From Anthoceros angustus (taxonomy: Eukaryota > Plantae > Anthocerotophyta): a stretch of 64,000 bases of DNA. This document shows, piece after piece, positions 20,158-33,362 of the stretch. The position numbers were made by a program, and so were the translations under genes. Under the pieces are notes generated by a model. The model had not been told where the DNA came from and did not search any database. It was given only the letters and a program-made list of their open reading frames with translations. Position 1 is the stretch's first letter. Each line of letters opens with the position of its first letter. The DNA lies in NCBI GenBank assembly GCA_010909165.1, contig MU008204.1:265810-329809 (forward strand). The letters are read 5' to 3'.

Positions 20158-23100
20158 AGAACTAGGACACCAAGATGATTTGTTTGTAGCCAGCAGTTTG
20201 GTGAGCATGTATGCAAGTGTGGCAGTCTGTCATATGCTCGGAAGTGTTTGACAGACTTGGTGAAAAGATGTGGTGACATGGAATGCCATGATAGCAGGAT
20301 ATTCGCAGCAGGGCATGGGACAGGAAGCCCTTCGCCTGTACAGGGACATGCAAGATGAAGGCATCGTTACACCTGATTCTGTCACATTCGTGTGCCTCCT
20401 CAGGCATGTGCAAGTGTGGGTATCGCAGCTTTTGAGACAGGGCAGGAGATTCATGTCAAATTAAAGAATGTGGACATGAAGCTGATGTATTGTATCAAAC
20501 AGTTTGGTGAACATGTATGCAAATTGTGGGAGCTTGGACTATGCTCAGAGAGTATTCGAGAGCTTGCTCAAAAGACGTAGTCACCTGGACTGCTCTAATT
20601 GCAGGGTATGCCAAGCAGGGTATGGGGCAGGAAGCCCTTCGTCTCTATGGTGTTATGCAAGGCATGACTCCGCCTAATTCCGTGACATTTGTGTGCCTGC
20701 TTCAGGCATGTGCAAGTGTGGGCACCCCAGCGCTGGAGAGGGGGAAGCAGCTGCATGCAGAAATTAGAGAACGAGGACATGAAGCTGATGAGTTTGTAGT
20801 CAACAGTTTGGTGAGCATGTACGTGAAATGTGGCAGCTTGGAAGATGCTCAGAGAGTATTTGATGGACTTAGTCAAAAGATGTGGTGACGTGGACTGCTC
20901 TCATTACCGGGTATTCACAGCAGGACAAAGGGCCAGGAAGCCCTTCGTCTCTACAGTGTTATGCAAGAAGAAGGCACGGCTGTTCAGTTCCGTGACATTT
21001 GTATGCCTCCTGCAAGCGTGTGCAACTGTGGCAGCCGGCGCTGAAGGAGGAAAGCTTCACACACAAATTAGAAGGAGGGTACCAAGCTGATATAACCGTT
21101 GCCAATAGTCTGGTGAACATGTATGCCAAGTGTGGTAGCTTGGAAGATGCTCAAAAGGTGTTTGACAGGCTAGGTCAAAGGATGTGGTCACGTGGAATGC
21201 CATGATATCAGGGTATTCCCAGCAGGGAAGAGGCCAGGAAGCTCTGCGTCTCTACTCTGCTATGCAAGAAGAAGGCATTGCGGTACCTGATTCTGTGACA
21301 TTTGTATGCCTCTTGCAGGCATATGCTAGGTTAGGCAGCATTGGAGAATGGGAAGCAGCTTCATACAAAAATTAGAGAACTAGGACACCAAGATGATTTG
21401 TTTGTAGCCAGCAGTTTGGTGAGCATGTATGCAAGTGTGGCAGTCTGTCATATGCTCGGAAGTGTTTGACAGACTTGGTGAAAAAATGTGGTAATGTGGA
21501 ATGCCATGATAGCTGGATATTCCCAGCAGGGCATGGGGCAGGAAGCCCTTCATCTGTACAGGGCAATGGAAGAAGAAGGCATTGCGGTACCTGATTCTGT
21601 GACATTTGTGTGCCTCCTGCAGGCATGTGCAAGTGGGCACCCCAGCTTTGGAGGGAAGCAGCTGCATGCAGAAATTAGAGAACGAGGACATGAAGCTGAT
21701 GAGTTTGTAGTCAACAGTTTGGTGAGCATGTACGTGAAATGTGGCAGCTTGGAAGATGCTCAGAGAGTATTTGATGGACTTAGTCAAAAGATGTGGTGAC
21801 GTGGACTGCTCTCATTACCGGGTATTCACAGCAGGACAAGGGCCAGGAAGCCCTTCGTCTCTACAGTGTTATGCAAGAAGAAGGCACGGCTGTTCCGTGA
21901 CATTTGTATGCCTCCTGCAAGCGTGTGCAACTGTGGGCAGCCCGGCGCTGAAGGAGGGAAAGCTACTTCACACACAAATTAGAGAAGGAGGGTACCAAGC
22001 TGATATAACCGTTGCCAATAGTCTGGTGAACATGTATGCCAAGTGTGGTAGCTTGGAAGATGCTCAAAAGGTGTTTGACAGGCTAGGTCAAAAGGATGTG
22101 GTCACGTGGAATGCCATGATATCAGGGTATTCCCAGCAGGGAAGAGGCCAGGAAGCTCTGCGTCTCTACTCTGCTATGCAAGAAGAAGGCATTGCGGTAC
22201 CTGATTCTGTGACATTTGTATGCCTCTTGCAGGCATATGCTAGGTTGGGCAGCCCGGCATTGGAGAATGGGAAGCAGCTTCATACAAAAATTAGAGAACT
22301 AGGACACCAAGATGATTTGTTTGTAGCCAGCAGTTTGGTGAACATGTATGCAAAGTGTGGCAGCTTGGAAGATGCTCAGGATGTGTTTGATGGACTTAGT
22401 CAAAAGATGTGGTGACATGGAATGCCATGATAGCTGGATATTCCCAGCAGGCATGGGGCAGGAAGCCCTTCGTCTCTACAGTGTTATGCAAGAAGAAGGC
22501 ACGGCTGTTCAGTTCCGTGACATTTGTGTGCCTCCTGCAGGCATGTGCAAGTGGGCACCCCAGCTTTGGAGATGGGAAGCAGCTTCATGCGCAAATTAGA
22601 GAACGAGGACATGAAGCTGATGTGCTTGTACCCAGCAGTCTGGTAAATATGTATGCAAAGTGTGGCAGCCTGGAGGATGCTCACAAGATCTTTGACAGAC
22701 TAGGTCAAAAGGCGTGGTGACATGGAATGCCATGATTGCAGGGTATTCCCAGCATGGCATGGGTCAGGAAGCACTTCAACTTTACAGAGCTATGCAAGAA
22801 GGAGGCATGGTTATACCCAATTCTGTGACATTTGTTTGCCTCTTGCAGGCATGTAAAGAATTGGGCACCCCAGCTTTGGAGGAGGGAAGCAACTTCATGC
22901 ACTGATTATAGAACAAAGACATCAAGTTGATGTGTTTTAGCCAGCAGTTTGGTAAACATGTACGCAAAGTGTGGCAGGGCAGGATGCTCAAAGAGTGTTT
23001 GATGGGCTTAATCATAAGGATGTTGTGACATGGAATGCCATGCAGGATATTCCCAGCAGGCATGGGACAGGAAGCCCTTCGTCTCTACAGTGCTATGCAA

Positions 23101-26100
23101 GAAGAAGGCATGACTCCGCCTAATTCCGTGACATTTGTATGCCTCCTGCAGGCATGTGCAACTATGGGCACCCCAGCTTTGGAGAAGGGAAAGCAGCTTC
23201 ATGCAAATTAGAGAACGAGGACATGAAGCTGATGAGTTTGTAGTCAACAGTTTGGTGAGCATGTACGTGAAATGTGGCAGCTTGGAAGATGCTCAGAGTG
23301 TTTGATGGACTTAGTCAAAAGATGTGGTGACGTGGACTGCTCTCATTACCGGGTATTCACAGCAGGACAAGGGCCAGGAAGCCCTTCGTCTCTACAGTGT
23401 TATGCAAGAAGAAGGCACGGCTGTTCAGTTCCGTGACATTTGTATGCCTCCTGCAAGCGTGTGCAACTGTGGCAGCCCGGCGCTGAAGGAGGAAAGCTAC
23501 TTCACACACAAATTAGAGAAGGAGGCAGCTTCATACGCTGATTAGAGAACAAGAACATGAAGGTGATGCGTCTGTAGCCAGCAGTTTGGTAAACATGTAT
23601 GCAAAGTGTGGCAGTTTGGACGATGCCCAGAGGGTGTTTGACGGACTTGGTCAAAAAGATGTGGTGACTTGGACTGCTATGATAGCAGGGTATTCCCAGC
23701 AGAGCATGGGCCAGGAAGCCCTTCATCTTTACAGTGCCATGCAAGAAGAAGGCATGGCTGTAGCTGATTCCATAACTTTTGTGTGCCTCCTGCAGGCATG
23801 TGGTAATGTGGCCGCTTTGCATCTGGGAAGGCAGCTACATGCACAGATTGAAGAGCAAGGTCTTCAACGTGATGTGTTTGTAGCCGGCAGTCTGATAAAC
23901 ATGTATGGAAAGTGTGGGAGCATGGTTGATGCACGGCATGTGTTTGATACGTTGCCCGAAAGGGATGTCATCACGTGGAATGCCATGATATCAGGGTATT
24001 CCCAGCAGGGAAGAGGCCAGGAAGCTCTGCGTCTCTACTCTGCTATGCAAGAAGAAGGCATTGCGGTACCTGATTCTGTGACATTTGTATGCCTCTTGCA
24101 GGCATATGCTAGGTTGGGCAGCCCGGCATTGGAGAATGGGAAGCAGCTTCATACAAAAATTAGAGAACTAGGACACCAAGATGATTTGTTTGTAGCCAGC
24201 AGTTTGGTGAGCATGTATGCAAAGTGTGGCAGTCTGTCATATGCTCGGGAAGTGTTTGACAGACTTGGTGAAAAAAATGTGGTAATGTGGAATGCCATGA
24301 TAGCTGGATATTCCCAGCAGGGCATGGGGCAGGAAGCCCTTCATCTGTACAGGGCAATGGAAGAAGAAGGCATGGTTATACCGAATTCTGCGACATTTGT
24401 GGGTCTTCTGCAGTCATGTGCAACTGTGGGCTCCCTCGCTTTGGAGAAGGGAAAGCAGCTTCATGCGCAAATTAGAAGACAAGGTCTTGAAGCTGATGTG
24501 CTTGTACCCAGCAGTCTGGTAAATATGTATGCAAAGTGTGGGAGCATGGTTGATGCACGGCATGTGTTTGATACGTTGCCGAAAGGGATGTCATCACGTG
24601 GAGTGCACTGATTGCAGGCTACACCTGTCAAGGAAACAGTGACATGGTCTTTGAATTGGTCAGAAAATGAGAGAGACGGCATACAGCCCGATGGCATCAC
24701 TTTCCTCAGTGTGCTAACAGTATGCAGTCATGCTGGTTTGGTGAAGCAAGGAGAGAGTACTTTGAGGCTATGAGCAGACTCTATGATATCACTTTCACCG
24801 TGGAGCACTGCACATGCATGGTGGATCTCTTTGCCCGTGCCGGCCAACTGGAGGAGGCACTAGATTTTGTAAGGAGAATGCCTGTACTGCCTAATGCTGC
24901 AGTTTGGCATACTCTGTTGGGTGCGTGTAGAAAATGGAGCAACGTGGAGGTGGGGCGCCATGCTTTCAACAGCAGTCAAGCTCGACAAGAGGATGCCGCC
25001 GCATGTGTTGATGTCAAGTGTATATACTAGTGCCCAGATGTGGCCACATGGAACGCTCTCATTTCAGGGTATTCCCAACAGGGCATGGGGCAAGAAGCCC
25101 TTGGTCTCTACAGTTGTATGCAAGAAGTAGGTTTTGCAACACCTGATTCTGTGACATTTGTGTGTCTGCTTCAGGCATGTGCAACTATGGGCACCCCGGC
25201 TTTGGAGAAGGGGAGGCAGCTTCATGCACAAGTTAGAGAATCAGGACATCACATCAATGTGTGCGTAGTTAACAGTTTGGTGAGGATGTATGCTAAATGT
25301 GGAAGCCTAGAGGATGCTGAGAGAGTATTCAATGCACTGGCTGAAAAGGATGTAGCGACATGGAATGCAATGATTGCAGGGTATGTACACCACAACAGGG
25401 GACTGGAAGCCCTTAGGCTCTACAGTGTTATGCAAGACGACGCCAGTACAACTGTACCTGATTCTGTGACAATTGTGTGCCTCTTGCAGGCATGTGCAAG
25501 TGTGGGCAACTCTTCTTTGGAGACAGCGAAGCAGCTACATGTGCTAATAAATGATCGAAAACTTCTAGCTAATGTATTTGTAGCCAACTGTTTGTTAAAC
25601 ATGTATGCAAAGTGTGGCAGCCTAGAGGATGCTCACAAGATCTTTGACAGACTAGGTCAAAAAGACGTGGTGACATGGAATGCCATGATTGCAGGGTATT
25701 CCCAGCATGGCATGGGTCAGGAAGCACTTCAACTTTACAGAGCTATGCAAGAAGGAGGCATGGTTATACCCAATTCTGTGACATTTGTTTGCCTCTTGCA
25801 GGCATGTGCAAGTTGGGGCACCCTGGCTTTAGAGAAGGGAGGCAGCTTCATACGCTGATTAGAGAACAAGAACATGAAGGTGATGCGTCTGTAGCCAGCA
25901 GTTTGGTAAACATGTACGCAAAGTGTGGCAGGGCAGGGGATGCTCAAAGAGTGTTTGATGGGCTTAATCATAAGGATGTTGTGACATGGAATGCCATGAT
26001 AGCAGGATATTCCCAACAGGGCAAAGTGCAGGAAGCCTTTCATCTATACAGTGTTATGCAAGAAGGTGGAATGGCTGTACCTGATTCCGCAACATATGTG

Positions 26101-27720
26101 TGCCTCCTACAGGCATGTGCAAGTTGGGGCACCCTGGCTTTAGAGAAGGGGAGGCAGCTTCATACGCTGATTAGAGAACAAGAACATGAAGGTGATGCGT
26201 CTGTAGCCAGCAGTTTGGTAAACATGTATGCAAAGTGTGGCAGTTTGGACGATGCCCAGAGGGTGTTTGACGGACTTGGTCAAAAAGATGTGGTGACTTG
26301 GACTGCTATGATAGCAGGGTATTCCCAGCAGAGCATGGGCCAGGAAGCCCTTCATCTTTACAGTGCCATGCAAGAAGAAGGCATGGCTGTGCTGATTCCA
26401 TAACTTTTGTGTGCCTCCTGCAGGCATGTGGTAATGTGGCCGCTGCAAGGGTCACCATCAGGCAGCGCGGCCTTGTGCTGCCCAAGTACTCCGACTCGGC
26501 GAGCATCGTATACGTTGAGGATGGTGAGTGCCGGCTCCGAGACACAGATCTGTATTCTTCCTGCTTCCACGTCTGGATCCTGCATGCCCAGAGCCACACT
26601 CTGATCACGAGTGTATGGAGGCCACGAGAACGCATTGATCGGCTTTGCTGTGACTTGGGGCGCTTGCAGGTGAGGGTTATGCTGGGATTCTCACAGGCTA
26701 CTCATTGGGGAGGCATCCGGTGTGAGGCGTGTGAGACGTGGTGACATTGTGGCCGTCCCCGAGGTGTTGCCTCCTGGTGGTACAACTCCGGCAACAGCGA
26801 GCTTCGCATCCTCGGCCTTGCCGAGACATCGGCTGGATATGAGGCTGGTGAACCCACGGTAGAATTGCGTACCTCACTTGTCAGTCTGGTCCATCTCATC
26901 AGAGCAGCACTGACCTGATCAGAGCTGCCTTGTCTCACCATTTTACCGTGCAGGGCTTTTTCTTGATCGGCGGAGGCCGGGAGGCGGAAGGCAGCACCAG
27001 CATGAGAGGCGCCGGGAAGGGCAGCAGGAGTTCCATGAATCTTGCACGGATTCAGGAGGGAGTTCTTGGCGGACGCCTGGGACGTGGATGAGGCAGGTGG
27101 ACGAGTTCCTTCAGAGCCAGCAGGGTGTGGGCATCGTCCAGGCTGAACGTGATGTGTTTGTAGCCGGCAGTCTGATAAACATGTATGGAAAGTGTGGGAG
27201 CATGGTTGATGCACGGCATGTGTTTGATACGTTGCCCGAAAGGGATGTCATCACGTGGAGTGCACTGATTGCAGGCTACACCTGTCAAGGAAACAGTGAC
27301 ATGGTCTTTGAATTGGTCCAGAAAATGAGAGAGGACGGCATACAGCCCGATGGCATCACTTTCCTCAGTGTGCTAACAGTATGCAGTCATGCTGGTTTGG
27401 TGAAGCAAGGGAGAGAGTACTTTGAGGCTATGAGCAGACTCTATGATATCACTTTCACCGTGGAGCACTGCACATGCATGGTGGATCTCTTTGCCCGTGC
27501 CGGCCAACTGGAGGAGGCACTAGATTTTGTAAGGAGAATGCCTGTACTGCCTAATGCTGCAGTTTGGCATACTCTGTTGGGTGCGTGTAGAAAATGGAGC
27601 AACGTGGAGGTGGGACGCCATGCTTTCAACGAAGCAGTCAAGCTCGACAAGAGGGATGCCGCCGCATATGTGTTGATGTCAAGTGTATATACTAGTGCCC
27701 AGATGTGGGATCAGGCTCGG
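20158..27720 (+). pseudogene. fragmented, reiterated PLS-PPR motif array, including two copies of P2-L2-S2-E1-E2
   Basis: Many short overlapping PPR ORFs with near-identical blocks recur, for example 18980-20270 is repeated at ~20270-21490 and in part at ~21620-22400. E1/E2 appears at ~24890-25040 and ~27550-27720. No DYW domain is present. Confidence 0.85.
26433..27156 (+). pseudogene. 11S-globulin (cupin) internal fragment embedded in PPR sequence
   Basis: Near-identical to 30168-30900, including two introns, and bounded by 12-nt and 11-nt sequences shared with the PPR. Confidence 0.9.
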
Positions 27721-29208
27721 GAGATTCTGCGGACTGATGGAGGCAGAATCGAGGCTTATCAACATACGGTCTTTGAGAGACGCCAATGTGGCCGCTGCAA
27801 GGTCACCATCAGGCAGCGCCTTGTGCTGCCCAAGTACTGACTCGGCGAGCATCGTATACGTTGAGGATGGTGAGTGCCGGCTCCGAGACACAGATCTGTA
27901 TTCTTCCTGCTTCCACGTCTGGATCCTGCATGCCTAGAGCCACACTCTGATCACGAGGTGTATGGAGGCCACGAGAACGCATTGATCGGCTTTGCTGTGA
28001 CTTGGGGCGCTTGCAGGTGAGGGTTATGCTGGGATTCTCACAGGCTACTCATTGGAGAGGCATCCGGTGTGAGGCGTGTGAGACGTGGTGACATGTGGCC
28101 GTCCCCGAGGTGTTGCCTCCTGGTGGTACAACTCCGGCAACAGCGAGCTTCGCATCCTCGGCCTTGCCGAGACATCGGCTGGATATGAGGCTGGTGAACC
28201 CACGGTAAGAATTGCGTACCTCACTTGTCAGTCTGGTCCATCTCATCAGAGCAGCACTGACCTGATCAGAGCTGCCTTGTCTCACCATTTTACCGTGCAG
28301 GGCTTTTTCTTGATCGGCGGAGGCCAGGAGGGCGGAAGGCAGCACCAGCATGAGAGGCGCCGGAAGGGCAGCAGGAGTTCCGGAATCTTGCACGGATTCA
28401 GGAGGGAGTTCTTGGCGGACGCCTGGGACGTGGATGAGAGGCAGGTGGACGAGTTCCTTCAGAGCCAGCAGGGTGTGGGCATCGTCCAGGCTGAACGTGA
28501 TGTGAGAATCGAAGAGACCCGCGGTAACTGCTGCAGGGCGGGCACCGGGCCAGTCAAACCCATCTGCGGAGCACATTGCTACTGGGGAGTTCGTGTACAA
28601 CATTCAGGAAGGTTCAGCCGACGTCCGCGTTCGCAATGCTGGCCTCTTCAACACCGCTAACAGGTTCAAGCTTCCGATTCTCCAGAATGTCAACTTGGGT
28701 GCATCATACGGCCGTCTCGAGCCGGTACTTCCTGTCCCTGTTTTCGCCATTGAATCTGGACGGCAAGGTCGGGATTCTAATTTTCTGCAATGGCTTTCAC
28801 CTCACTGCTCCCGGCGGCTTGATTGTGTACCTGGAACTGTCTCAGAACGCAATTTTGGCTCCTCAATGGGGCTGTCAACGGCCATATCCTCGTGCACATC
28901 CTGAGAGGGTCCGCCAGACTGGAAATTTCTGGCAACGACGGAGAGCGACTCGTGAGCCAGGACATCAAGGAAGGTGATGCGTACGTAGTCCACGCTTCTA
29001 CCCGCACGGCGTCCAGGCTGGAAACGAAGGTTTGGAATGGATTGCCTTCCACACCACAGACCAGTAAGCTGCTTAGCCATAGCCAATTTGATGCTTCCAC
29101 CATTATCCAGTGCCGACCACATTATCCAGTGCTGACCCAACGTTCTCCTGAACCTGCTCCTGTTCAGGCCTTTCGTTGAGGCTCTTGCAGGCAGCACATC
29201 CGTTTACA
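27716..29208 (+). pseudogene. 11S-globulin copy lacking the signal peptide and most of the last exon, fused to PPR E2
   Basis: Near-identical to 30097-~31603 apart from indels. Confidence 0.9.
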
Positions 29209-29641
29209 TTTGGAGCGAGTACAGATGGATGAGAATGTTTAAACTCACATATCTTGTGAATAACTGCGTTAAATCTAACAAATGTCACCTCCTGTAGTAG
29301 GCTTGTAATCTATGAAATGTCAGACCGAACAGTAAACGCTAAAACCAGCTGTCGTATGGTGTAGACCTAGGTGAAAGACCTGATGGAGGAGTTGTTCCAA
29401 ACTGCGCTTGTGTGATATGCAACGTGAATCGAGGTGATTCGGCTAAGGCTGGGCTGCAAGCTCAACTGTATTAGATGCGTCATCTAACTGCTCCGGTCAT
29501 TCACTTGTCAGCTGACACTTGATCTCTAGGAACATAACCGTCTGCAGTTTTCTCTTTTCGGCAACACGCAGTACTGTAGCCCTTACTACCGCTGCTACTG
29601 GAAGTCTAGAACTCGCAGCAAGCTTGTCTAGTGGGAGTATT

Positions 29642-29653
29642 TGCATGTGCATG
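29642..29653. promoter_or_regulatory. tandem RY-core motifs (TGCATG x2) upstream of the globulin gene
   Basis: TGCATGTGCATG lies ~350 bp upstream of the ATG at 30006. RY (CATGCA) elements are the B3-factor sites of storage-protein promoters, but a short motif like this could be chance. Confidence 0.35.
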
Positions 29654-30005
29654 ATGCCAGCTGGGGAGTCTGCATACCTTGGGAAAAGATAAATCGAAGT
29701 CGAGTCGGCATGAAGGCGATGTTCAGTGTATGATTCATGGAGCTCCTAAGAACAAGACAAGTGGCAGGCAAGCACCTGGTGTGGCTCGAAGACGCCGCTC
29801 ATGTGTGTGGGACAGCAGCTGGGAGGCCCAACGCCATGTTGAACTGGCTGTTGGGCCAGGGCTTGCCATATCCATCATGCTCGACCCCGTAGTTAAGAAG
29901 AAGCAGGTTGCAATCACACCGTATCCAAGGCGATTGCCGTGTGATAGCAGCTAGCAAGAGGACCTGCAGTGTTACAAAATTGGGTACGTACGACACCCTT
30001 CCGCC

Positions 30006-31757
30006 ATGGGTCTGAAATGGGTCCTTGCCCTGGCCTTGGCCTTGTCCTGCGTGTGCGCAGCAATGGGGCTTCGAGCCGAGCTGCAGCTGGAAGAGCCTCG
30101 GGAGATTCTGCGGACTGATGGAGGCAGAATCGAGGCTTGGTCCAACATACGGTCTTTGAGAGACGCCAATGTGGCCGCTGCAAGGGTCACCATCAGGCAG
30201 CGCGGCCTTGTGCTGCCCAAGTACTCCGACTCGGCGAGCATCGTATACGTTGAGGATGGTGAGTGCCGGCTCCGAGACACAGATCTGTATTCTTCCTGCT
30301 TCCACGTCTGGATCCTGCATGCCTAGAGCCACACTCTGATCACGAGTGTGTATGGAGGCCACGAGAACGCATTGATCGGCTTTGCTGTGACTTGGGGCGC
30401 TTGCAGGTGAGGGTTATGCTGGGATTCTCACAGGCTACTCATTGGGAGAGGCATCCGGTGTGAGGCGTGTGAGACGTGGTGACATTGTGGCCGTCCCCCG
30501 AGGTGTTGCCTCCTGGTGGTACAACTCCGGCAACAGCGAGCTTCGCATCCTCGGCCTTGCCGAGACATCGGCTGGATATGAGGCTGGTGAACCCACGGTA
30601 AGAATTGCGTACCTCACTTGTCAGTCTGGTCCATCTCATCAGAGCAGCACTGACCTGATCAGAGCTGCCTTGTCTCACCATTTTACCGTGCAGGGCTTTT
30701 TCTTGATCGGCGGAGGCCGGGAGGGCGGAAGGCAGCACCAGCATGAGAGGCGCCGGGAAGGGCAGCAGGAGTTCCGCGGAATCTTGCACGGATTCAGGAG
30801 GGAGTTCTTGGCGGACGCCTGGGACGTGGATGAGAGGCAGGTGGACGAGTTCCTTCAGAGCCAGCAGGGTGTGGGCATCGTCCAGGCTGAACGTGATGTG
30901 AGAATCGAAGAGACCCGCGGTAACTGCTGCAGGGCGGGCACCGGGCCAGTCAAACCCATCTGCGGGAGCACATTGCTAGTGGGAGTTCGTGTACAACATT
31001 CAGGAAGGTTCAGCCGACGTCCGCGTTCGCAATGCTGGCCTCTTCAACACCGCTAACAGGTTCAAGCTTCCGATTCTCCAGAATGTCAACTTGGTGCATC
31101 ATACGGCCGTCTCGAGCCGGTACTTCCTTGTCCCTGTTTTCGCCATTGAATCTGGACGGCAAGGTCGGGATTCTAATTTTCTGCAATGGCTTTCACCTCA
31201 CTGCTCCGGCGGCTTGATTGTGTACCTGGAACTGTCTCAGAACGCAATTTTGGCTCCTCAATGGGCTGTCAACGGCCATATCCTCGTGCACATCCTGAGA
31301 GGGTCCGCCAGACTGGAAATTTCTGGCAACGACGGAGAGCGACTCGTGAGCCAGGACATCAAGGAAGGTGATGCGTACGTAGTCCACGCTTCTACCCGCA
31401 CGGCGTCAGGCTGGAAACGAAGGTTTGGAATGGATTGCCTTCCACACCACAGACCAGTAAGCTGCTTAGCCATAGCCAATTTGATGCTTCCACCATTATC
31501 CAGTGCCGACCCACCATTATCCAGTGCTGACCCAACGTTCTCCTGAACCTGCTCCTGTTCAGGCCTTTCGTTGAGGCTCTTGCAGGCAACACATCCGTTT
31601 ACAGGAACCTCCGGAAGAGGTGGCAGCTGCAGCCTTCAATGTGGATGTTCACAAGATTAGGCAGCTGAGGAACGCCGGAGGCCAGCTTTCCTTCTTCCAG
31701 GACGTGGCCGCGACCCCTGACAGCTCCTTCCTCCGCTACTTCAAGAGCAGCAAGTGA
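30006..31757 (+). CDS. legumin-like 11S globulin / bicupin storage protein, 5 exons (30006-30258, 30407-30597, 30694-31119, 31241-31456, 31563-31757); a few 1-nt indels in this copy
   Basis: Signal peptide MGLKWVLALALALSCVCAA; cupin-1 motifs GLVLPKYSDS..IVYV..GEG and RRGDIVAVPRGVASWWYNSG; cupin-2 motifs NAILAPQWAVNGH...ILRGSARLEI, VVPRFY and ALAGSTSVYRNLPEEV. GT-AG introns give consistent phases, and the sibling copies correct the indels. Confidence 0.9.
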
Positions 31758-32119
31758 AGCGAGCGAGCCTTTCGTAAATGTAGATGAAAAACTGAGCGAG
31801 ATCCTTCCACAAATGTAGATACACTGCAAGCAGGCTTCAGAGCCTTTCTTTGTTGAGACTTGTTGAGAAATAAATTTTTAGTGTACAAGACTAAAATCTT
31901 TGTGAATCCTTCCAAGTTGCTGCACTTGGTGCAGTCCAAGTCTTCCTTAGAACATGTTCAGGTTGTGCAGTCTGTCCAGTTTCTGTCCTTGCCTGCATGG
32001 GCATCAGTATGGAAGCTGTTGCCAACTGTGTGCCATGCATGCTCTCTCATTCTCCGTAACTTCACTATTTCCTTCCAGCAATCTGGGCCCTCTAGGGGAC
32101 TCCTGTACCTAGCTGAGAG

Positions 32120-32620
32120 GATGGTGAAGTATGGCACCTAGGGAATGCTCAGAAACTTGTCAGAAAGATTTGGTGACCTGGAACGCCATGATGGCAGTGT
32201 TCCCAGGCATGGCAGGGCAAGTAAGCCCTTCAACTTCACGGAGTCATGCATGAGTGTGCCCCAATTTTGTGACATTTGCGTGTATCCTGCATGCGTCTGC
32301 AAGTTTGGGCACCCCAGCTTTTCAGATGGGGAAGAACGAGAACATCAAATCCAAGTGGTTTGTACCAGCGGCTTGGTATTGGTGAACATGTTGACACGTT
32401 GTGACGTGGAAAGCCATGACAGCGGGATATTGTTGCATGCTAACGTAGCAGGGTGAGTTGGACTGCCATCGTGGCAGTGTCTTCCCAAGAGAGCATGGGT
32501 CAGGAAGCTTTTCTTCTCTACAGGAGCTAAGCAACAAGAAGGCATGCCTGAACCCTTTTCCGCAACTTTCAGTCTTTTGGTATGCAACGTGAACATGGGA
32601 GGGAATGGGGATGGGGCTAG
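32120..32620 (+). pseudogene. highly degenerate PPR fragment (also ~38660-39160 and ~45190-45670)
   Basis: Remnants DLVTWNAMMA, PNFVTFACI, ASASLGTPA and LVNM are visible across frames. Confidence 0.75.
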
Positions 32621-33362
32621 AGTTGGCCTGCAAGCTGAAAATGTAATAAGATTCCACCAAAACAAAATGTAATCAGAGGAAATTGGGGCTAAAGTTGGCC
32701 TACGAGCTGAAATATAACAGACACCTAATCTAACTACTCAGGTCATTCCCTGTCAGCTGACAGATGACATTCACTGTCAGCCGACAGATGATGAGCCCCA
32801 GTAGCAGTAGTTGTAGACCAGGTTCTCGATGACCTTGCAGTCCGAAATTTTCTCATTTTCTGCACTACTAGTGGAACTGAGAGCAAGACACTAGGTTGTT
32901 TTCAACACTTTGTTTCCAGGTGCCTAGGCTGATGAAATCTGGCAGAGCTGCATGCTTGCGACAAGGTAGAACAAAGAGCCAGTCTCTGCATGAAGGCCAT
33001 CTTCAGTGGTTGTTCAATTCACACTGTCAGGAGCTTTTCCGGAACACCTGGCTGCCAAGCACCTGGTGTGGCTACAAGATGCCGCCCATGTTGTGGGACA
33101 GTACTAGTGAGACCCAAAGGCCAACGCCGTGTTGAACCGGCACTGGGGCATGTTTGCCATATCCGGTCATGCTGCCCTCCCGATACTGAGGAAGTGGGTT
33201 GCAGTCTGAGGCAGCATTTGAGTCGATCACTGCGTGACAGCAGCTATCGAGCAAACTTGCGGTGTTATCAAATTGGGTACCATACTACTCGTTCGCCGTC
33301 CCTTGGCCTTGGCCTTGTCCTGCCTGTGCGCAGCGGTGGGACACAGAGCCGAGGTGCAGCTG

